NCBI GenBank assembly: GCA_964016885.1
Contig: OZ024743.1
Coordinates: 55,552,001-55,616,000, forward strand
DNA from: Eledone cirrhosa
Lineage: Eukaryota
Reading direction: 5' to 3'
DNA: 64,000 nt
The translations under genes and the position numbers were made by a program. Below the pieces are notes generated by a model, which worked only from the letters and a program-made list of their open reading frames with translations, was not told where the DNA came from and ran no database searches. This document shows, one piece after another, positions 54,604 to 64,000 of this stretch. Numbering within the stretch: the stretch's first letter is position 1; each line of letters starts with the position of its first letter.

Positions 54604-55994
54604 TGTTATGCTTTGGGAGGGTCATGTGGCCAATAAGAAACACACGCACCAGTTGCTTTCACTCCAATTTATTATAAATTAAATTTATAAATTTCCAGTT
54701 GGTTGGTTGGTTCCACAACCGGACGGTTGTTCATATATTGTCAAAGTTCTTTCGTCACACATTCTGTGACCTCTTCAGTCACTGGGGATTCTTTTCTTTG
54801 TTTTTGTGCTTCTCCTTTGTTCTGTCCTACGCCATCTTGTTTTTGTCTGTGTTGTGTGCTTAGTTTGCGCATGTGTTACATCCGGGTGTCTCTGTGTGTT
54901 TAGGACACACATATATATATATATTGTATAGGAGCAAATTTTAGAATAGAATAGAAAGAACTAGGAATAAGGTTAATAGAATAAACTCATGGTATGATAG
55001 CAATAAATACTAGAGTGTAATGTTCATCAATACAACCCCTAGAGGTGAATTAGCTTACAAATTTAGATAAACATAAACTCAATATTAAGATAGTAGAAAG
55101 ATCAGGTACCTCCATAAAAACACTTATTAGCAATACATACCCTTTTCAAAGACCTCCCCGTATAGATAAGAAATGTATAATCTGTAAACTACGCCCCCAT
55201 ATTAACTGTAAAACTAGAAATGTAGTATATAGCATAAGATGTACTGAAGGACAATGTAGAGATAAGAATATAGTGTACATAGGTGAGACAGCTCGTAGTA
55301 TAGGAGAACGGATAAATGAACACTGGCGAGAGCTTCAAGATAGAAAAGAATCATCTGTACTCCACCAACATGCTAAAATAGAACATAAGAGTAAATTAGA
55401 GAACATAGAAATAAAAATAGAATCTACACACAGAAAAGATGCAATGTTTAGACAAATCACAGAGGCAATAAACATAAATGAACTCCAACCAAAATTAAAT
55501 AGAAAACATGAATGGAATAGCAACATCACAACTTACAATTAAGGACAAAATTAAAACACACACACACATAGAACAAACAACCAACCAGTAACATGTAAAT
55601 TAACAAATAAATAAACAAATATAAACACACACAGACACCCGGATGCAACACATGCGCAAACTAAGCACACAACACAAACAAAAACAAGATGGCGTAGGAC
55701 AGAACAAAGGAGAGGCACAAAAACAAAGAAAAGAATCCCCAGTGACTGAAGAGGTCACAGAATGTGTGACGAAAGAACTTTGACAATATATGAAAAACCG
55801 TCCGGTTGTGGAACCAACCAACCAACCGGAAATTTATAAATTCTTAAATTTATAAATTTAATTTATAGTAAATTGGAGTGAAAGTAACTGGTGCGAGTGT
55901 TTCTTATTGGCAATATGACCCTCCCAAAGCATAACAATATCGGTTTCAACACATGTTTTCAGATAAAGAATCTTGCTAAACAAATTCAGAAACG

Positions 55995-55997
<3 letters not shown>
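54601..55997 (+). mobile_element. 5'-truncated Penelope-like element with about 300-bp inverted pLTR
   Basis: GIY-YIG domain (CKTRNVVYSIRC...VYIGETARSIGERINEH...RQITEAINI...LNRKHEW). 54601-54901 is the reverse complement of 55623-55940. Confidence 0.88.
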
Positions 55998-56029
<32 letters not shown>

Positions 56030-56057
56030 CATACAATATATATATATACATACAACA

Positions 56058-56147
<90 letters not shown>

Positions 56148-56552
56148 GATATCCATGGTAAGTTGTGGGGTCTATTCTGCATGAAGAACCTTTTTTTATT
56201 GCTTTTGAAAACAGCTGGTGATATGCATGTAAGTAAATATTCTCTTTATCTGATATTTTGTAACTAACCTTACATAGATCAATAACGAAGTATAGCTACA
56301 ATGTAATATCATCATCTAGAAACGATCGTAAATCAGTGAAGTATATCTCTAATAAACTGATTTTTTATTTCATTGTTTTAACTTATATATATATATATAT
56401 ATACATACATATTCACATATATACATGTCTATACATACAATATATATGTGCCAGCTTCTGAGGGCAGTTTTTGAAAGATGCTAATAACAGCTGCAACTTC
56501 GATTTTACTCGCTATTATTATATATCAATATTATTATATTATTATATATCAA

Positions 56553-56865
56553 TAACAAGTGGGGTGCCCCAGGGCAGAGTCTTGGGACCACTACTGTTTT
56601 TGGTGGCTCTCTCGGACATGCCCTCTGTAGTACATACAACATCCCTCACTAGCTTTGCTGATCACACAAAGCTAGTACAGGCAATCAAAAACCCGGCTGG
56701 TGCTGCCCTTTTACAAGATCTGGATGCCATATACAAATGGGCTGAGGACAACAACATGCAGTTTAATGCTGGAAAATTTCAAGCCCTACAATACCAACCT
56801 GAAGGCCCAAAGACAAGACAACACAGCTACACCGGACCAGGGGGGATCGAAATACCCGTGTCGAA
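56553..56865 (+). mobile_element. CR1/Jockey-group LINE RT fragment
   Basis: SGVPQGRVLGPLLFLV..D...FADHTKL...LQDLDAIYKWAEDNNMQFNAGK. Confidence 0.75.
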
Positions 56866-57040
56866 ATCAGTAGAGGGTCGGACGCCATGCTTTGCTGCAA
56901 AGAGGTACGGCCCTTTATGGTTTGAGTTCAAATCCAGCCGAGGTTAACTTTGTCTTTCATCCTTACGGGGTCGATAAAATAAAGTACTAGTAATGTACTG
57001 GGTAATTGCTGGCCTTGTGCCAAAAGTAGTAACAGTTATT
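56866..57040 (+). mobile_element. SINE family 1
   Basis: gtagagggtcggacgccatg...gagttcaaatcc...cttgtgccaaaagtag. Confidence 0.85.
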
Positions 57041-57122
57041 CTCAGTCTGAGACTAACTATTTTTCCTGCCACTAATCTTGAGTGAAGGCGCACAGCTTAA
57101 TGCTTGGGTGATTGGTTTATGA

Positions 57123-57356
57123 TCGTAAGGTCGTGCGTTAGTAAGGTCGTAAGATAGTAAGGTCGTAAGTTAGTAAGGTCGTAAGTTCGTAAGTTAGTAA
57201 GGTCGTAAGTTAGTAAAGTCGTAAGTTAGTAAGGTCGTAAGTTAGTAAGGTCGTAAGTTCGTAAGGTCGTAAGTTAGTAAGGTCGTAAGTTAGTAAGGTC
57301 GTAAGTTAGTAAGGTCGTAAGTTAGTATGGTCGTAAGTTAGTAAGGTCGTAAGTTC
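57123..57356. repeat. Minisatellite of about 16 bp (gtaaggtcgtaagtta) expanded from the tRNA-like head of a family-2 SINE
   Basis: The array lies between the head ggcgcacagcttaatg and the B-box-like gttcgatt. Confidence 0.85.
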
Positions 57357-57456
57357 GATTTCCTGCGGCACGTTATGTACTTGAGCAATATATATTATTT
57401 CACGTTGCTTCAGTCTATTTACCAGAGGGGGGGGGGGGTTGTATCAGTAATTTAAT

Positions 57457-57640
57457 TGTTTCTACTTTTGGCACAAGGCCAGCAATTACTCAGTATATTA
57501 CTGGTACTTTATTTTATCGACTCCGTAAGGATGAAAGGCAAAGTTAACCTCGGCGGGATTTGAACTCAGACCGTAAAGGGACGTAACTATACTGGAAAGC
57601 ATGGCGTCCGACTCTCTACCGATACTGCCAATCCACCGCC
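57457..57640 (-). mobile_element. SINE family 1, full length, 13-bp TSD, nested in a family-2 SINE
   Basis: TSD tcagtaatttaat at 57444-57456 and 57641-57653. Confidence 0.9.
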
Positions 57641-58260
57641 CTCAGTAATTTAATAAAGGGCCATTCTTGTCACACACTGTGTCACTCTGAATTACCCTGA
57701 GAAGTATGTGAAGGGTACACATGTCTGAGGAATTCACAGCCACTAACATTTTCATTTCACGAGCATGTTGTTTCGATAATCAATCTACTAGAACACTCCG
57801 CGGAACTGACGGAGGTCCAACAACAACTAGACTTGGTGGCATTGAAAAGAGTCATGGATGCTTCGCTTCATCCTTTTACTTAGGGATAAACACATGAATG
57901 AATAAATAAATAAATGAATAAATAAAGCAGCCCCCACCAGCCACATCACCCCTCCACCTTCACCAACTCTGCAATCACCACCAATACAACAACCAACACC
58001 ATTATTACTACCACCATCAACAACTGTACACACCAGATGACTGACTGGTCCTATCAGGTTCTATCAGTAACATTCTCATGTCAGTGGGTCCGTTTATCCT
58101 TTTAGGGGCGGTCGGTACCAAAAGTAAAACGGAAGGGTTGTTTGTGTGGGGAGGATGGGCTGTATTTTATACTAACAAATATCATCTTTCTTTAAAAAGG
58201 CACACACGCACACGCACACACACACACTCATACACGCACACACACACGCACACGCGCGCG

Positions 58261-58349
<89 letters not shown>

Positions 58350-59121
58350 TTGGGTGAAGTTGAAGAACGCATTTCGCAGGAATATTTTTAGTAACAACAT
58401 TTCAAAAACATTTCAAGAACGCCAGAATCTCAGTTATTGTTGATTAGCAACAAAAAGTTATATGGAATGGAAGATGAGGAAATATTCTTGCGCAGTTCAA
58501 AGTGGGAAAGAATTGGTTATTTTTCATAGCAGCAGTAAATGGTAAAGATAGGAGCAGAGCGTCCTGGCTATCTTTCTCTCTCTCTCCCTCTACCTGGTGC
58601 TGCTGCAGCCGTATAAACCGGCTTTGTTATGTTTCGAAAGACCAAGCAATAAATTACATAAATTACACACGATTTTTCCCTGCCGTTGAACTTACAATTG
58701 CTGCAATGGTATGATTTATTATAGTCGAAGAAGTTCATCTCTTACACTACGCTGACTTTGGTAAAATGCTAAACTAGCGTTCAGTACACACAACACCTCC
58801 CCACATTATATAATATAATCGCTTCAACCACCCTCCTCTCAATGTCAGCCCCTATCCGTCACACGCACACCACATCGCCACATCACTACATCACCACATC
58901 ACCACCCGTCTGGTGGTCTTTTTACGTTGCACACACCACATCACTACCATCCCAGCCACAGCACCCATTCATTACACACACCACATCACCACCTGCCTGA
59001 CGATCTTTTTACTAAATTAATGATTGATAGCAACAGGTCATGCCATCTACACTTGCGTCCCTACATAACTATATATATATATATATATTTATACATATAT
59101 ATATATACATATACATACATA

Positions 59122-59161
<40 letters not shown>

Positions 59162-59211
59162 CATATATATTTATACATATATATATACATATATATATAT
59201 ATATGTATGTA

Positions 59212-59263
<52 letters not shown>

Positions 59264-59283
59264 CATATATATGTATGTATGTA

Positions 59284-59322
<39 letters not shown>

Positions 59323-59473
59323 TGCGGTTTTTCAGCAAATTGGATATCGTCCATATTCTAGTTTATTTACGTGCTGACTTTTTAATATATCATTACTTTC
59401 CTATTGTTGTTATGTTTGTAATTGTTGTTGACGTCGTCGAAGCAGTCGTCGTTGTTGTTGTTTCATGTTGGCG

Positions 59474-62400
59474 TAATAATAATAATGATTTCTTTATAAG
59501 CACCGAGAGCAGACATGAAAAACGATGGCACATGACAGCAGAGGAGGACAATGTTGATTTTTGTTTTCCGTGTAAAAAATGTGATAACAGAAAACAACAA
59601 ACATGAAAACATTTAAACAATACTGAGGAGGCTTCTGATGATCACTTGTGGAGAAAGCTCACAAAAAGCCACGGCTACTCTGACCACCAGGGCAAGTGAA
59701 CAGTCCCAGCTATCTTACAGTCAACAGGCATATACTCAGAGTAGAACCATTCACTCGGACCATGCTCGCCACTCTCATCCACCTTTCAACTGGCAACACT
59801 TCTCTCCACCCTGATATTCTTTTTCAAGAGAAACTTAAAAAAGATAATCAGGTTCTCGCGAAAGTGGAAAGTGCTTGTCAACACACCATTCAACCGGGTC
59901 CACAACTCAAGCACTTTCCCTCAAGCCACCAGTCAGATTAAAACTGTCTGTCTTTTTCGACTAACGGAAGATGACGGACTTTTCTTCACGATAGACTCAG
60001 CTGATATCCGGATCTATTCTACACACTACAGCAGCTTTTCACCATAACTCCACAAGTCAGCAATGCTCGGACACTGTGCGAGTGAGTTCAGGACGGTTTC
60101 GTCATCCGCGCAATCACAAACAAGCTCGGTTGAAGACACTTCCGAGCCTGTAGAGACAATTTTAAATCGGCTATGCCTTCCCGGTAGCACTGCTTGGCTA
60201 AGGATTTCTGGAAGTTATCCATCGGCTCCAGACAGAAGGTTCTCCGGTATAGAGCGATTAACTGATCGTCTTTTCCCCGAATCCTCTATAGAACGCCAAG
60301 GTGGGATTTCCAACAATTACAATACCCAACTGGTAGAAGGTTGTGGGCACCGACGAGATTCCAGTTGCTAAGCATTCCCTCTCGGTCTTTTCCTGACCCA
60401 GGATTGCAACTCCATCAAAGAGTCGAGTGTGAAAAACACGCTTCAAGCAAACGGCGACCACACCTGTTCAACGTCAAGGAAATGCTAGATGTGTCGCAGC
60501 CTCAGCGTATGTATGCCTATCATCAGCCGCGACATGCCCAGCAGCGGGTGTTGATAGCATATGGACCACCTGACTATTGGAACGCATCATTTCAACAAAA
60601 TGCGGAGGAGGAGGGGCTCCTGTGTGGTCTGACGAGGACTGCGGCAAAGCACGAAGATCAGGTAGGAGATGACGAAGGCAATACACCACCCCGATCTACG
60701 TAACCGGCTCATCCGTCCGGCTCCAAACGAGGTTGCTGGACGCCTTGGACCTGCCTCTCCAGGCGCCGAGTCATATACCCTTATGCTGGATAACCTTTGC
60801 TCTTAGAGAGGTGCTGATCACACCGAATTGTTTGGTACTTGATATAACTGCGTGGAATTTGTCGTCCTATGCCGATACGGATCTACTGCATCCTAGTTCG
60901 CTCAGGATGCCCCGCAGCGTCTCTAACCTGTGTAGTAATGGCTCGTGGGTGAGTATGTACAGGAAAGACGAGATATTACATCTCCGACCCACCGAGCGCA
61001 TGATATTGAACAATTCAGATAGGAGGTTTATTCACTCTGGCCACCGAGTAAATATCGCTGTACATTGTAGTGATCCTTCCTCTGAAGACGGATAGAGATG
61101 GTCGACCGTATCGAAAGCTTTCGATTGATCCGAATTGATCAGGGCCCGCTTTTTCCAGGTTCCTTACTTACCCTCTCAATAACTGAGTGAATGAGGTAGA
61201 GGTTATCGTAGATGGATCTGTTTGGGATAGTGCGCATCTTGGACCTTCCCCCCTACCTATCCAGTCAGCTGACGGTAACCACCAACCTCTTTCTTTGAAA
61301 TCTGTGTTTAGCAGAGATAATGGCTTGAGGTTATCTATGTTATTCCCTTGTTGGGATCGTTTCTCAGCGGATCCAACGCCGCTTGAACTAGGTGTTCTGT
61401 TGTTTTGTCAGTTGGTGCAGACGTTCATTATGATGTCACCTAACAAGCCTGGCATGTAAACATAAAGCTTGTAGGATAGACCATCCAAACCTAGTGATTT
61501 TCCTATCGTGCGACCAGTTATTACCTCCTGTGAGTCGTCGGTTGCTATCGGTATTTTGCAGCACTGCACCGCTGTTACCAAGAATCGCGTCAGGCCATCG
61601 AGGTAGACAATGAAGTCTATCCTGCGATCCGGCCCGCTGCTCATCCCTGACAGATGGGCGAAGTGACACTGAAAACCGTGCACATCTCGAAACCGTGTAG
61701 CAAGCACCAGTCTTAGTCAGCCAAACACCGAATTACGGCTTAGTTCACGCTTTGCGCTTTCACCACACTTTCCCATCGGAGGGTCTTCCTCCTTTCGTGT
61801 TTCGGAGCACGTACCCTAGCCCTGAAAATGAAGCCTATCACAGCTACTTTACTAAATCTTATCAATTCTTCCCTAATCACTCTTTTCACAGCGAACCACC
61901 ATTTGTTGTTGACGATAGTGCTCCCGCTTAAATTAATTCACTAATCCAGTGTCTGTAATCTTTTAGTGCCGAGAAAGACGCATTCAGGTTCAGGTTCTCC
62001 TGCTTATGAAGTCTACGTTGACTGTACAAATCACAAAGTTGTTGTCTGTATAGTCAACTACATTAAAATCTGAATAATCTATGCTAACCATATTTACGTC
62101 CATGGAGAATACTCTATCCAGATCGTATCTGGATAACCCGATGTGGTTTGACAGATGGTACCAGTTAGATAGCAAGAAGTATCTGAGCAGCTTTGTGAGT
62201 CGTTTGCACGTGCCTCCCCTCTCTTCTGGCTCCGCAAAGTATCAGCGTGCCTTCAAGATACCGTTCCACGCACTCACTAACAATAAAGTGCAGGTGGTTC
62301 CAATAAAGGTTTCGATATGCCTGAAGACACCTAGCCATCTTGCACCAGTCGGGTCACAGACGGCCATTAGCCAGAAAGTATGACATTTGCTGTTGGTCAC

Positions 62401-63420
62401 GCCCAGTACCACTGATTTAACATCTGGGTCAAGGAAGATGATCCGTGTCGTGAGATTCAAGCCTTTCCGAAACAACACAGTAACCCTGTCCGTCGAGCCC
62501 GGGCGGCTTGGAGATGCATACATACGCCCCTTCCGTGGTCTGCCAGAGTTCGAATTATGGATTTGTTGCCATGTTCTGCTTCTGCTACCCGGAGCCATTG
62601 AACAGCTCTTGAAGCTTGATATTTTAATACAGGCGCCCTGGCACAAACAACACATTCTTCATGTATCACTTCCAAGAAATGGTTTGGCGTCATTCTCGCC
62701 GCTAGCATATTAATTGTCATGCTTCTTCTATGGATTTCTAATTCCATGTCTACTTTACTCTTTTCTGTAGCTAACTCTCACGGATACCTCTCTAATTGTT
62801 CTCATTAAAATACCCACCACCTGTTGTTTACGATAAACCCCGTCAGTTCATGTTTTATTAGTTCACTGATCCGTTCCCTGAATTCTTTCTTTCCGGGCAA
62901 GGAAAGACGCATTCAGTTTCCAGTAACCAGGAATCTCTCTATTAGTCTCCTTTAAGTTGACTGTACAAGTCACACATTTCTGATCCGTATATCCCACAAC
63001 CCGAAACTGTGAACACCTCACGGTGAATCTATTTGCTACTCTGATGAAAACTAAATACGACCCGCTACACATTTTCCAATTCCCCATTGGTGCATTCAGG
63101 AGATTCAGATGAAACCTAAGTGCCTAAGCAACTTTGTAAGACTTTTGCACCTGCCGGCTACCCACGCATAATTCCTGCTTGCATTCAAAATACCATTAAA
63201 TGTTATTTGGAGGACGTGTCTTGAGAGGAAATACTGTCTTCAAACCTTTTAACATCGTCTACCATACAACTTCCTTCATCATAGACATCAGGCAGAGCAA
63301 GACCACCCGCTCTTCCTTGTCAACGAATGGCTGTCATTCGATCTTCTTGGTAGACCTAAAGGGACACCAGAGTCACGCATATTGTTTAGACTTACATCGC
63401 ATCCGAGTGTTCCAGTTGTT
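59474..63420 (-). mobile_element. Old, degenerate and rearranged Tx1 LINE(s) with (ATT)n tail
   Basis: Minus-strand remnants: YASPSRPGS..VLFRKGL..IFLDP, KSLGLDGL, DQSKAFD.VDH, PGYWKLNAS. The 3'UTR has cacttgccctggtggtcag and the terminus ataaagaaatc-attattatt. A second APE-region piece lies at 62520-63420. Confidence 0.82.
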
Positions 63421-64000
63421 GGATCAACAGAACGTCCTTCTCATGAAATAACGTGTAAATGACTGAGATTTACACTTCTAGAGATAGGTCCAGCGTGACA
63501 TATTATCTGACAAGTCTGGGCCCTATAAATTCCACGTAGAACTCATTCTTTGCAGCTAAGAGGACAGAGCAATGGGAAATAATGTATCTTGCTCAATGAC
63601 GCAAATCGCCATCAGAAATTCAACTCATGACCTTACGATCGTGAACCGAACATCAAAAATACTTGGCTCTGTGCCTTAACCTAAAACTAGAGCCAGGAAA
63701 AAAGGAAGCTATTTTGAGACAAAGAATAACTTCTGATTAGTATACATCACTGTAGTAAGCAGTAAAGGGAGAGAGTCGTTGGAGCGTTCGGTTTAAAATG
63801 TCTCGATATTTGTACCGCCGCACTGCACTCCGTGTTCAAATCCCACAGCCTAAACGTTTGCCTTTCATCCTCTCGTAGTGCAGCCTAGCTTTGTCGACGT
63901 TCTTGAGGTGAGCCTTGGAAATTGATCGCTGATCTCTGATCTCTGATCTGAATCAGGCGAACAACAATCTGAGGCCAATTCACATGCAAGAAGAAGAAGA

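Overview
This is a eukaryotic, AT-rich, microsatellite-dense, transposon-dominated window, and I found no host protein-coding gene that I can support. The SINEs and simple-repeat load resemble a cephalopod (octopus-like) genome, which is an inference. Bases 1-15.2 kb form a retrotransposon array joined at (ATT)n tracts. It holds four same-orientation Tx1/L1-clade LINE segments, one with an intact 1139-aa APE-RT-CCHC ORF2, plus an oppositely oriented R4/Dong-like RLE LINE. The rest is simple repeats hosting Penelope-like elements (PLEs), many tRNA-derived SINEs, Helitron-like elements, RTE/CR1/Tc1 relics and an old Tx1 copy. One PLE at 28.1-32.0 kb is near-intact and Neptune-type. Two systems stand out. 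(1) There are many hammerhead ribozyme (HHR) motifs, including a (TA)n-embedded family whose fold-back palindrome is centred on the predicted HHR stem II. (2) Tx1, Dong and a SINE all appear to target ATT-rich sites, including what look like two independent SINE insertions at the same nucleotide of two copies of one PLE terminal repeat (pLTR). Most short ORFs in the track are microsatellite translations or antisense artefacts.
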